Assembly: GCF_030144855.1 (NCBI RefSeq)
Contig: NC_082735.1
Span: 33,356,001 to 33,420,000 of the forward strand
DNA: 64,000 nt
Reading direction: 5' to 3'
DNA from: Hypanus sabinus
Lineage: Eukaryota
Shown: positions 1 to 12,057 of the stretch, in pieces
Layout: every line of letters begins with the position of its first letter
Numbering within the stretch: the stretch's first letter is position 1
Program-made: the position numbers and the translations under genes
The notes under the pieces: model-generated
Databases searched by the model: none
Seen by the model: only the letters and a program-made list of their open reading frames with translations
Told to the model about the DNA's origin: nothing

Positions 1-235
1 TGCCCACTCACTTAAGCTCCCTCTCTCTGCAAACTCTCCAATTCCTCTACGCAAGTTGCTTTTCCATTCAATTTAGTGTCATCAGTAAACTTAGATATGC
101 TAGACTCAATCCCATCTTCCAAATCATTAGTATATATCGTCAACCGTTGTGGGCCAGCAACAACACCTGTAGCCCTCTACTCATCACTGATTAGCATTCA
201 GAGGAATACCCATTTATCCCAACTCTGCTTACTAT
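1..235 (-). mobile_element. CR1 LINE RT fragment
   Basis: caaatcattagtatatat is the antisense of IYTNDL and aaacttagat of the SKF(ADD) region. Confidence 0.55.
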
Positions 236-719
236 TGGTTAACCAATCCTCTGCCTTTTCTTTTGGTGATAATAACCATTATAACAACAGTTTGGCATTG
301 AAAGAATGGATGGGCTCTGAAGCTCGAGTAAGAGAATTTTCTTGATCTGTGTGTTCCAGCTCTACAAGAAGTTTCGGATCTAGCTCCAAAGAATGAAACA
401 GGGATGAAACTTATTTCAAGTTGCAATCTGGAGAGCAATGATCCTAACAGTCTTGAACGAATCGAAGGTGGAGAGCATGATATACTTAAGCAAGTTTCAA
501 GAGATAATTTGTTTAGGCAGATCAGAAAAACAAGATTGATAAGCAGAGGAGAGGTGAACATTGAAAGCATACAAATGTAATGATTCCAGTGTAGAGGAGA
601 CAAGTTATCATAAGGATTGTGAATGCACCCAAAACTAAAACTCCCGAGTTAAAGATTAAGGTGAAAAAAATATACCCAATGAAAATTGTGTTTTTTTTTG
701 TTTTTCTGTGGAGGAGCAA

Positions 720-1430
720 AATACATTACAGACCTATAAAAGGGTATCTATATACAAGGACAAATTAACACAAGGGACCCAAGATTTTCATTAGTGTAAA
801 TAGCCAAAGTATTAAAAAATTTGGATGGACCAAATAGAGGATCCCATAGAGACATGAATATTCTTAATGAAGGGAAGAGGATTCAGTTAGCATAGCATAT
901 ACAAGGGAGATATCTTTTCTACTTCAAGTCCCAATGTATGCTTGATTACCATGGAAAGGAGAGTACAAATATAATGAGCTCCAACTACAATTCTTATCTT
1001 CCTTAGATGTGGCAATGGTAGAAGTGGACCGCTAATGGTTGACCATTTCAAATTGTAGTAGAGGAGGAACAGGAGAAGACAGGAAGATAAAGCTAGCAAT
1101 ATAACTTATTTAACACTAATGCTAAAGTTTTTTTTTGAAAATAATACCAAAGAAAATTAACTGGCTCATATATAGCCTGATAAATGATATTAAAAGGGAA
1201 ACTGATCAAAGTTCCCAGCTGAAGCAATACGAGAGTAGTATAGTTAATATCGTGTTCCAGGATTTCCAAAAAGCAAAGAATAAAGCACTGAAAAACAGGC
1301 ACTGGAAAAGGAGAGGTATGATTAAATATTGCCAAGGCGCAGGAGATAAAAGTGAACAGCTGCTTCTCAGATTGGATGGAATGATCTCCCAAATCCAATT
1401 GTGATCACAGCTCCTTTAATTATTTGGGCA
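720..1430 (+). mobile_element. Highly decayed CR1-like ORF2 relic
   Basis: IVNIVFQDFQKA in ORF 1135..1404 resembles CR1 RT VDIVYLDFQKAF. Confidence 0.35.
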
Positions 1431-1876
1431 AGTGTACAAGAATCATTTCAAAAATTTACAGCAGGAAACATAAGCAGGAAATTAACTGCTTTTGCAGAGC
1501 CATATTAGACACAATTATATGTATATTTGGGGTTCTAACGTTTTTCTGCCTTTCATTCTTTGAGGTTTTTTCTGTTCTGTAGAGTACAGAACAGTACAAA
1601 TCAGCTAAGAGTACAAATTCCAAGTTGTATACTGTATGCATTCTGATATTAAATGGAACCATTGACCCTTTGAACATTTCCAATTGGTAGTGAAATTGTA
1701 TATCGTGTACCATTTTAAGTTGACAACAATGCTAAAGAAGTCTTCTCCAAAATTAGTCCAGCTTTGATGTAACTTTTTTAAAAATCAAATACTCACCTAA
1801 CAAGAAATACTACATGCAAGTTGCATTAAAAAAACAAAGACTATTTAAGAAAACAAGTCCTTTGTTTACTGTTTAC

Positions 1877-2040
1877 CGTTTTTGCAAGTGCACATGCTTG
1901 CTCTGGAGAGTTGAGAATTTCATAATAGAATACTGAGAAATTCAGGGCAAGTCCTAATCGGATGGGTTGTGTTGGTTGCATGTCTGTCTTACTAATTTCA
2001 AATGCTGCTTGGTACGATGCCTGGGAGTTCTCAACAGTTT
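1877..2040 (-). CDS. ywhabl: 14-3-3 protein coding exon 3 (164 nt); remaining exons outside window
   Basis: gtttcag|(Q)[54 protein letters not shown]|gtaaac; phase matches exon 2. Confidence 0.95.
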
Positions 2041-2373
2041 CTGAAACAAGACAGAAGTCGGAAATTAGCAACTCTGAGCATCTGCGGCATTATCTGTAAT
2101 AAATAAAAATTTTATTAGTTTGTTCCTATTGCAGTTGATAAGTTTTCCTCACAACCCACTTTCTGAATCCAAAGTTGACTTTATTCATCATTTGTTTTAA
2201 CATAAGAATGTACTTTCTAGTGAAAGTCTCATCCACAATCATCCATGTTAATGCATGAGTTAAAACTCCTTAAAGTACACAATATTTGATTTTTCACCAA
2301 CAACCAGAGTTCCACACTCAGCATGTAAGCAAATCATAGAATTATGTTGTTCTACCATTTTGCAGATGATATG

Positions 2374-3968
2374 CAGTGAATTCTAGTTAGTTGGGTCATT
2401 GGTTAATCAGGTAGCTGCTTATTTGGGACAGGAGACAGTCAGTCATGTTCATTTATGTGGCTGTCAGACACTACAGCGAGCTTTGAGCGCCCAGTTGTAT
2501 ATGCTTGTGTTATGTTATCCACTTGGGCTGACAGATAACAGTTCAAGAAGCAATGATTTTTGCCAAGTTTTTATGACTTTAAAAAAACTTTTCAGACCCT
2601 TGGCATGAAAAGATTTGACACTAGCCAGAAACGCTACCCTACTGGACTAAATTAAAAGCCATCACCTAAATACTACTCATCGTCAGCTAGCAGAGATAAC
2701 TGGAGTGCTGAAATCTACAACTGCATGCTTGATACGTCAGCAAGATAAACTGTGAGAAGAATGGGCAGTATGTGAGGGACAACATGGGACATCCCAAAAA
2801 CAAAAGTGTGAGTCCAGATGTTGAAGAGGTCCTCGGTCAATGGTTTTCTATTGTAACTGGACAAGGTAAACGTGTCAGCGAACCAATGTTAAAAAACAAG
2901 TCAGAGAGCTAGCTAAGAAACTGGGTCACAAAGATTTTAAAGCAACAGATGGTAGGCTGTCTCAATGGAAATGTAAAAACCCACATTAAATTCAAGAAAG
3001 CACACAGTGAGAAATGTACTGTTGATGCTCTAAGTGCAGAAACATGGAAATCCACAAAACTCTCAGACTTGCTTCAGAATTTTGGTGCAGATGATATCTA
3101 CAACATGTTTCGTTTTTGATCATGCCATGCTGGACAGTTCCCTTGGCTATAAATATGCAATACTATCAGGTTCAAAGAAAGCAATGGATCGCATAACTGT
3201 GTTGTGTTGCTCAAGTATGTCAGGAATAGATAAAAAGAAATTGTTGGTTATTGGGAAAAGCGTTAAACCTCAATGCTTTAAGGAGCTTAAGAATGCATAG
3301 TTTACCTGTCAATGACTAGCCAGAGTACACTAGATGAATTCCTTTATCAGAAACTATTACGAACTAATGCACAATTTTATAGTACTTTAGTAATATTGGT
3401 ACTGTTCTAATTTGTTCTGTATTTCATTTAAATATATTATTTAGAACATAATGTTGTGCCGGCCATGTAACCTACTCTAGAAATCTCCTAGAATTACCCC
3501 ACTGCACAGCCCTCTATTTTTCTAAGCTCCATTAAAAGACCCTAATGTATCCACCTCTACCGCCTTTGCTGACAGTACATTCCACGCACTCACCACTCTC
3601 TATGTGAGGAACTTACCTTTGACATCCCATTGTACCTACTTCTAAACACCTTAAAACCGTGCCCCCTCGTATTAGTTATTTCAGCCCCGGGAAAAAGCCT
3701 CTGGCTACCCACACAATCAATGCTTCCACCATCTTATACAACTCTATCAGGTCACCTCTCATCCTTCATCGCTCCAAGGAGAAAAGGCCAAGTTCACTCA
3801 GCCTATTCTCATAATGCATGCTCTCCAATCTAGTTATTTGTTACTCAGTTAAACAACAGTTTGTGTTTGTTATGCATTTTTAACTATTTCCAAGAAACTT
3901 TAGATAATGGAGCAGCTGTTTAATTGGACCAACACATATTAGTCCTGATGTGTCCCAATTAACAGTAA
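2374..3968 (+). mobile_element. Tigger/pogo DNA transposon, decayed and internally deleted, with CR1 insert
   Basis: TIR cagtg(g)attct(g)gttaattggg. Transposase relics 2600-3310: HTH/CENP-B-like (DVEEVLGQWFSIV, LAKKLGHKDFKATDG) and DDE_1 start (LSGSKKAMDRITVLCCSSMSGIDKKKLLVIGKSVKPQCF). Confidence 0.85.
3425..3830 (-). mobile_element. CR1 LINE 3' fragment nested in Tigger
   Basis: cattccacgcactcaccactctc and ccttcatcgctccaaggagaaaag are typical CR1 3'-end antisense motifs. Confidence 0.7.
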
Positions 3969-4039
3969 TTAATTAATTTATTATTTTGTGAAACAGTTTT
4001 TAAAATGGAAAAGCAACTGCACTAGGACAGTTCCTCTCT

Positions 4040-4425
4040 CCTGACCTCAGAAGTCTGGGTCCAGTGGTACAGGTAATCCTCACTTGGTTGCAGTGGACAA
4101 CCATGACTTCTGTGCCTTATTATGCCCTTCACTCTCAAAGTGTTGCAAAACCACCTTTTTGGCAGTTGGATCTGATACACCCAGTCCGCTGGAGCTGACT
4201 TCACATGCTAAGACAGGCATGTTCCTATTTCACCACAGTACAAAGCCTGCCAGCTACCTTTACCTAGTTTAGCTTGCCTGTCGAAGCAGTGTACTGGGGT
4301 GTGGCCACTGTCACATAAAAGCAGCTACTTAGAGCCACAAGTGAGAACATATGTGAGTGCGCTGCCCTAAAACAGACACAAGCCCCTTCACCAGAGGTAC
4401 TACCCTTCCTTGAACATTCCATAAA
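4040..4425 (-). mobile_element. Non-autonomous RTE-derived element (5'UTR-like)
   Basis: Minus strand reads gggtagtacctctggtgaaggggct...gtggccacacccc...gcttcgacaggcaagctaaac, resembling RTE 5'UTRs; recognition only. Confidence 0.4.
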
Positions 4426-4589
4426 CGGCACGTATATCAGATGAATTCCTCCATCAATTACTTTGTTTTATAGTATTGCCATAGTATTAGTTCATAACTT
4501 GGTTATTTGGAAATATAATTTCATAATACAGAATTTGGTACATAAATTGGTAGCTTGTCATTTTAATACCTTTTTAAATATTTCTATAA

Positions 4590-4671
4590 AATTTCAGCTA
4601 ACTGGGGCAGCCCCTTAATTGGGCCAAAATGTACTGCCCCAATGAGTCCCAATTAACCGTAATCCACTGTA
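4590..4671 (+). mobile_element. Tigger right-TIR fragment
   Basis: gtcccaattaaccgtaatccactg-TA, the same TIR family as 2374, 27545 and 47883. Confidence 0.7.
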
Positions 4672-4692
4672 TACCAAAAACAGGAAACTTAC

Positions 4693-4816
4693 GTTTTTTG
4701 TTTTCTGCTACTGCTACTTCTGCAAGATATCGGTAATAATCTCCCTTCATCTTAAGGTAGAAGACTTTGCTCTCTGAATTGGTGGAATTTGGTATTAGAT
4801 ATTTATCCAGTAAACC
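4693..4816 (-). CDS. ywhabl: 14-3-3 protein coding exon 2 (124 nt)
   Basis: ttcttgcag|[41 protein letters not shown]+C|gtaagt; same length and phase as the YWHAZ/YWHAB exon. Confidence 0.95.
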
Positions 4817-6449
4817 CTGCAAGAAATAAAAGTGGTTTGAGTTGTATTAAGTTGTTTTTCCCAACACTAAAAAAAATGGAAGAATTGAAACAACAATAAA
4901 TTTCTGAACCAATATAGTATACTGATACAAAATTTAAATACATTGATGAGGAACTTATGTATATATACAAACAATTCTTTACTACGTAAAACATTTTACC
5001 TACAATATAAATGACAGATTAATCTTAAGAATATCAAGGTTATATCTGATAAATAGTTAAAAGTCAGACATCAATTTTAAACAAACTTTGCTGTTAATCT
5101 TCTGAAAGTCATAAGATTTTTAAATGGTTTATTTACAAAACACAATATATCAAGATGCGTGTATGGAAAAAAAAGGATACTTTAAAAGGAGTGTTTTAAA
5201 ATATCTCATAACAATGTATGAAGTATTCCATATCACTAGTGGTACTCAGCTATGCTAGAAAGGGAAAAAATTTCCCAGCATAAACTGTTTAAAAACAGCA
5301 TATTATGTCATCCCATCATGTGCTTGCAACCTTCCCTTCCAAATCACTTCAGGTTTTCAGAAAGGTGGAGTAACTGCCATAACCAATTCTGGTTTCTAGA
5401 TATACTTTTCCACAACCTATTTCCCAAGGAAATTTAGTTTTGTTAGAAATCATAAAACCATAAACCTTAAAACTTTTGTTGTTGTACTCAAGGGCATGAT
5501 CTGATAAATCCTGTTGTTATAAACTTCAGCTTTCTATTAGAATAAGGAGGGGGAGACATACAAGGCATCAAAAGAATAGCAACTATATCTATATGAATGT
5601 ACTTACTATTCACTTGATAATCTTTCTAATAGTTGCCATGATCACCAACAAGCAACAGTCTACTAACACTGAAAAGGTCAAACTGTTAGCATCAAAAAGA
5701 TAACAGTGGGCAGAACCCTTCACATTTTGAGCCTGTTATTCAATTTCTACTCTTGAACAGGAGACTTAGTTACTAAATTAGGGGTGGTTATTTAAAATTG
5801 AAGACCGAATCACTGGATTTATCTACCTAGAGGATTATGGAGGGAAGATCAATGGAGGTGTTTAAAGAGTGGGTAGGTACGTTTTTGAAAGATCAGGAAA
5901 TTGAAAGCTATGAGAAACCAGCAGAAGAAAATGAGGCTGGGACAAACCAGTGTGCTCACATTCAATGGACTGAAGGACCAAGTGGCTACTTCTGTTTCCT
6001 TATATTCGTTATTACATTTGCTGGTTCTTTTGCCAATTACCTTCACTCTAAGTCCTCCAGTTTTTGATCCCTCAATCAACGGAAACAATTTTTCTTGTTC
6101 TGTATTATCACATCATGATTTAATACTCCAAGATCCTCTTGTAACCTTCTCTATTCCAAGGAATACAATTCCTCCTCCAGTCTATTCACACAGATCCTTC
6201 ATAACAGGAATCTTTCCCAGCCTCTAAGGTCTTCATTGCCCAGAAACTGACAAAATACTCCAGGTTATAAACCTGCATTTTATTAAGCTTCATTATGACT
6301 TCCTTGCTCTTGTATGCATCGAAGTACAGTATTTCTAAAGCCTGGTATTCAATATCCTTTTCTCACTGCTTTTTCAACCTATCAATTACTTTGAACAGTA
6401 CATGCTATTATATCCCAGAATCATTTTCATGCAGCTCATTTCTGGAGCA

Positions 6450-7260
6450 TCTGAGCAGTAGACACCCATGTTACAGTTCACTGACTACAGCTCCACCTTC
6501 AATTACAGAAAGATAGAGATCTGTGATATGGTGTCACAATTTTTCCTTCGATATCAGCAAAACATTGACTTCAGGAAAGTGCTCCTGTTACACTAACCGT
6601 GCTAAGATGGAGGATGGAGAATTTCAAGTTCCTAGAGAACTTGGAGTCAATATCACCAATAGCCTGTCCTGGTCCAATCACCACAGCCAAGAAAGCTCAC
6701 CTGAGCCTCTATTTCCTCAGGAGTTTAAAAAAGTTGGCTTATCTTTTGACCTTATTAATTTTTACTGTGCACCATAGAAAACATTCTATTCAGATACATC
6801 AGTTTGGTGTAGCAACTGCTCTGCTCATGGCCACAAGAAAATGCAGAGTTGTGGGCACAGCTGAGTATATCATGTACACCTGCCTTCACCAATGGATTCT
6901 GTCTTCACTTCTTGCTGTGTCAGTAAAGTATCCAGCAAAGTCAAAGATCCCACCTACGTTGTTGCTTCTCTCCCCTCCCATTGGACAGAAGATGCAAAAA
7001 CCTGAAAGCATGTACCAGCAGGCTTAAGGTTAGCTTCTATCCCGCTGTTCTAAGATTACTGAATGTTTCCCTAATACGATAAGATAGAGCCTTGACCTCA
7101 CAATCTAGATCTTTGTGACTTTATACTTTACTGTCTACCTGCACTGCAATTTCTCTGCACTGTAACACTTTACTCTGCAATCTGTTTTATCCGGTACTAC
7201 CTCAATGCACTGTTGTAATGAATTGATCTGTACGGATAGTATGCAAGTGAAGATTTTTGG
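6450..7260 (+). mobile_element. Rex1/Babar-type LINE 3' fragment
   Basis: ENFKFL, KKAHLSLYFLRSLKK, LLSPP..G motifs followed by 3' UTR. Confidence 0.7.
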
Positions 7261-7869
7261 TTTATGTAGCAATTTATTCACCAATTTCTAATACAGGTAA
7301 TCAAATTTCATAGGAGCACCGATAGTCAACAGTGGCAGTCTTTCCAATCAGAGAACAAAACTGATCATGGTCTTGATAGTAACATGTATGACTATGACAA
7401 TGACTCAACGTCTATGAAGAAGCATTTGAGCTAACTCAGCAATTCTCAAAATTAAATCTGGATCCGCATAGCATCAGAGGCTAAAACAAAACTACTCACT
7501 TCTAAGTTTATGCAATGTCAAATAAAACATCAAATCTTGGCAAGGGCAAGAGTAATACTGGCATTGAAGAAAGGGTTTTCAAATTTACAACGATCATTGA
7601 ATTCTGAATGCAAACACAAAAACTGATATATTTAGAGGATTCCATAAGCATAATACGTAGGACTAGTATCGGGTCATTCAACCTATCAGATCTGCTCCAA
7701 TATTCCACAGCAACATTTAAAGAATATCACCTACAGGTATACTTGATTTTCATACCCTCTGGAACCAGAGTCAACGATGAAGAAATGAGTTGTTCTACAA
7801 ACATCTGTGTCTATGGACATTATGTCAACATCTTTATTAGTATGTTTTATTTGGCATTGCTAAAAGATA

Positions 7870-8360
7870 CTAGGTACCTCTGAGTGTACATTCATGGTCT
7901 TCTGCTGCTGTAGCCCAACCACTTCAAGGATTAACATGATGTACTTTCAGAGACACTCCTCTGCACACCACTGTTTAATGCATGGTAATTTGAGTTACTG
8001 TCTCCTTCCTGTCAGCTTGAACCAGTCTGGCCATTCTCCTCTGAACTCTCTCATTAACAAGGTCTTTTCACCCACAGAAATGCCACTCACTGGATTGTTT
8101 TTCCCTGTTTTTCATGCCATTCTCTGTAAACTCGACATGGTTGTGCATGAAAATCCCAGATCAGCAATTTCTGAGATAAGGCATTCCGACTGGCACCAAC
8201 AATCATTCTGCAGTCAAAGCAGTTAGATCACATTTTACCCCCATTCTGATGTTTGGTCTGAATCTCTTGATAATGACTGCATGCTTTTATGCATTGATTT
8301 GCTGCCACGATTAGCTGATTGGCATCAACGAGCAAATGCACAGGTATAACTAATAAAGAG
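7870..8360 (+). mobile_element. Tc1-like non-autonomous element
   Basis: tcttctgctgctgtagccca...ccagtctggccattctcctctga...acaggtataactaataaag, typical of fish Tc1 derivatives. Confidence 0.6.
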
Positions 8361-8809
8361 TATTTGTTTTACATATCTTTATAGATATCTGTTACATGGA
8401 CCTTAATTATAACTTAAATTAATTATGGAGATATTAAATTGAAATGTGCTGACGAATTCAAGGTACTCTAAAATTAAAAGTGCTAAACTGTTCAATAGAT
8501 GAATCCAGTTTCAAGTGAGGCAATAAGCCAAGTAGATTAGGAAGTTCTGAGCACAGAATCTGATGTATTGGCTTGTGGTAGTAGCACTGTAAGGATTAAA
8601 TGAATATTTTCCTGCATCCACAAGAGATGTAACCGAGAAAAAAAACAAGTCTCCCCACCTCCCCCTCTAATAATGATGTCTTACTGATGATAAACAAAAT
8701 GCCCGCGATGAAACAGCTGAAAATGACTAATGAAAGATTGCATTACTTGTCAGGCAGTATCTATGAAGTAAGGTAGAGGAAGACCATAGAGGCCACAGAT
8801 ACTATGATA

Positions 8810-9540
8810 CACAATAAAAACAGAACACTGGAATATTTAAGTAAACTAGGCAGCATCTGATTTAGTACAAGTTCCTTCATCCAAGACTCTGCAGAATGAA
8901 GCAGGAACAGTATAGTTCATAATTCCACGATAGCGGGGGGAGGGAAGGAACTGGTAGGTAATAGGTGCAGCCAGATGGGGAGGAGCTAATGGACAGATGG
9001 AACCAAGTATGGGAAGATGTTGATGGTTGGGGGAAGCATGATCTGAACAATGCAGTCAAAACGCTTACCCAAGTTTTGCTTAGTTCCATGAATGTAGAAC
9101 AATAGAGTAAGTCATATTGAAGACACTAAATAGAGTGTACAGGTTCGAAAACGTGCAGGTAAGTATCTGCCTCATCCATAAAGGTCATTTAGGTCCCTGA
9201 AAAGCAAGAGTGGTGGTGGTGGTGGTGGGATGGAGTAGGTGAGGTGAAGGATAGTTTTATGCCTTCTTTTTCAGGGGACAGGGAAGATTGAGCAGATAAG
9301 GAAAACCAAAAAAGAGTTCCTCATTGAAAACAGATGGAGGAAGAATAAGATGGGACTGGTGGGCTAATATTGGATGGAGCTGCTGGAAAATTGTGTACAG
9401 AAGATGGTGGGTGAAAGGCAAAGACCAAGGGAACTCAATAGCTATTCTGCCTCAGGAAAAGGAAGTGGGGGGGGGGGGGGTCACAGCAGAAATGCAAGAA
9501 ATAGGGAGGGTTCCATCAACTATGGAGTTGAGTAAACTCT
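8810..9540 (-). mobile_element. Decayed Penelope-like element
   Basis: Degenerate terminal repeat (ggcagcatct...), purine-rich tract and antisense GIY-YIG-region relic near 9120-9200, homologous to 25652-27191. Confidence 0.45.
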
Positions 9541-9989
9541 AAAGCAAAAGGTGTCATCTTTGAGACATTAGGAGGAGCAAAAGCAAATAGTTAGGTTCAT
9601 GTTCCTTCCTCCCTTGGCAAACCTTTCTTCTCTAGCAGAGGAACAGAAAGGATGTAACGTAAAACTACATCCCAAAAGGATCAACTGCTCCAGGAAAGGA
9701 AGTGAAGAGGAACAGAAAAGCAGAACATCCAGGAAATTAAACAAAAAATATCATTAGCTCTCTTACAGGTATTCCATCTTCCTTCACAATCACCACTGAA
9801 GTACTTCTCTTTAGGTACATTTCAAATCTAAAGTTAAGTCATTCTTAAGAGCAGTTCATTAGAAATGCTGGAGTAGAAAAATAGGCAAATGGCATGTGCA
9901 GTAACTTGGAATTTAAATGGAGCTCATGCATCAATACCAGTCTTGATAATATTATTCAAGATTCATTCGTAATGTACTGTGTCACGACT

Positions 9990-10326
9990 TGGGAGATCAG
10001 TTACCATGATCGTTCTTGACAATTTTTTCTACAGAAGTGGTCTGCCATTGCCTTCTTCTGGGCAGTGCCTTTACAAGAAGGGTGACTCCAGCCAGTGTCA
10101 ATACTCTTCAGAGCTTCCTTGGCATCAGTGATCGCATAACCAGGACCTGTGATATGCATCAGCTGCTCATTTGACCACCTACTACCTGCTCCCGTGACTT
10201 CATGTGACCCTGATCTGCGGGCTAAGCAGGTGCTACACCATGCCTGGGGTGACCTGCAGGCTAGCAGAGGGAAGAAGCGCCTTACACCTCCTTTGACAGA
10301 GGTGTACTTATCTCCATCCTGCCACA
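9990..10326 (-). mobile_element. RTE-partner SINE-like element
   Basis: Homologous to 36593-36950; contains the BovB/RTE-type gaaggcaatggcagaccacttc motif. Confidence 0.6.
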
Positions 10327-11883
10327 CTATTCAAGATTGGGCCCTCTATAATTTTATAATTTTCAACTGCAGATGTTTAAACTACTGTGCTTAACCTTTT
10401 TTGACCCTGCATATGGGAATCAAGAAACTAGTCTTCAGGTGAAATAGGTTTAAATGATAAGATTATTAAATAGGATATAATATCCATAGACACTTAACTG
10501 GTATTTCAATTTTTACTGCAGCAAAAACATCAGGAACATTCGGGTGGCTGACATATCAAGAATAATCTGCTAGAAGTACAGTTGAGGCAAATGCACATCG
10601 CAAGGAACTGTCAAAAATAACCTAATAAGCATTAATAAATATGACATATTCCGATGTACTCAAATCCATAAGTGTGGTGAGAGTGCATTAGTGTTTGAGT
10701 GTCGCTTTCACTAGAGCTAGATAAGGAGCAGTTCCTGGCTTCATTAAGCCAAAACCAATTATGTTTGGTATTGCAGACATTCAGAACTGCATTTGTGATT
10801 TGAGGAGCTGAGCAAGTCATTTGAAAAGGCAAGCAAAATACATTTGAAAACAGATTTAAAGGGTAAATACAAGTAGTTGATTGGTAGTAGTTACATTGAC
10901 TGAGAAAGCCATGCAGCTTAGTATTACTAGCATAACGCCAAGAACAAAAGAGGCTTTTTTTTAATGTTCAGGTGTCAAAAAGCATAATCTGATCCTCAGC
11001 ACATGATTATTGCAGATTTAGGAGTAGGGTCCATCTCACCTTTATACTAGAAATGAACAACACTGCTCTTAGTTTCCCTAGTCTGCTCTCTACTAAACTA
11101 TGGCTGAAAAAGCAGTACTACAGCCTTGATCTGTTAATCAATCCAGTTAGCTTTGCATTATATTATTGTACATCAGACCTATCTTTTAAAGCCCATATTT
11201 GAACAGGCCTCAAGTACATAACATTTCTAATAATTTCCAAAATCTGTCACCCTATCTTGTTGAAATACTGTGTGCAGAAAGAAAATCCACCATTAAGCAA
11301 AACTCTTCTTCCCAATGTCTCACCATTGAGGCATTATACATCTTATAAAGAAAAGGAATTTATTTGTTTTTTGTTTATTTACATTTAATCGAATACCTTA
11401 AAATACGAACCTGTAATTAAATCTGTTTCATTAATAAAAACTAAATTTTATTGTTTTCAAAAGATATTTAATCTTCAAAAAGAGTAAATTTAGTCTTTAT
11501 CAATGAAACTGATTTAATTCAAACATCAAAAAGTTAAGTTCAGTAAATTGGTAAGAAAAGGTTCAGAGCGGATATATATGCAGATGACAAGATACTTAAA
11601 ACTTTGTTAATGAACTGTAGTACAAATGCTTCATAATGCAGTGCTACTGCGATTTTGGTAATCAAATGCTTCACTTTCTCCCGGCAAATCAGCATTTTGT
11701 TCCAGAACCAACCCGATCAACCAATATACGTTTCAACTACAAAAGCACATAGGTCATAGTCCATTACATAATCAATATTAAAAGGGATAAAGTAAAGATT
11801 AATCTTACATAACATCTTAGAACAAGTTGAATAATTAAATATGTGTGCTGATGTCCACCTTTTGGAAACCAGTACCATGCTAA

Positions 11884-12057
11884 TCAACATGTACAAACAA
11901 ACTGGATGAACTCAGCAGGTCGGGCAGCATCCGTTGAGACAAAGCGTTCTTTTCAGAGCACAGAACACTGTCTCAACGGATACTGCCCGACCTGCTGAGT
12001 TCATCCAGCTTGTTTGTACGTGTTGATTTGACCACAGCATCTGCAGTGTGCTTTGTG
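11884..12057 (+). mobile_element. Hairpin mini-element derived from Penelope-like terminal repeats
   Basis: 60-bp inverted arms (11882-11941/11969-12028, 3 mismatches), ~30-nt unpaired tail, 13-bp TSD AGTACCATGCTAA. Confidence 0.85.

Noticed and set aside
1-1876. Final 14-3-3 exons (AFDEAIAELD...DNLT, LWT...)
   Set aside because: Not found on the minus strand; presumably beyond the left edge rather than lost.
11884-12057. DNA-transposon MITE or conserved pre-miRNA
   Set aside because: Arms are PLE terminal-repeat homologs with a one-sided tail and a 13-bp TSD; no known miRNA recognised.
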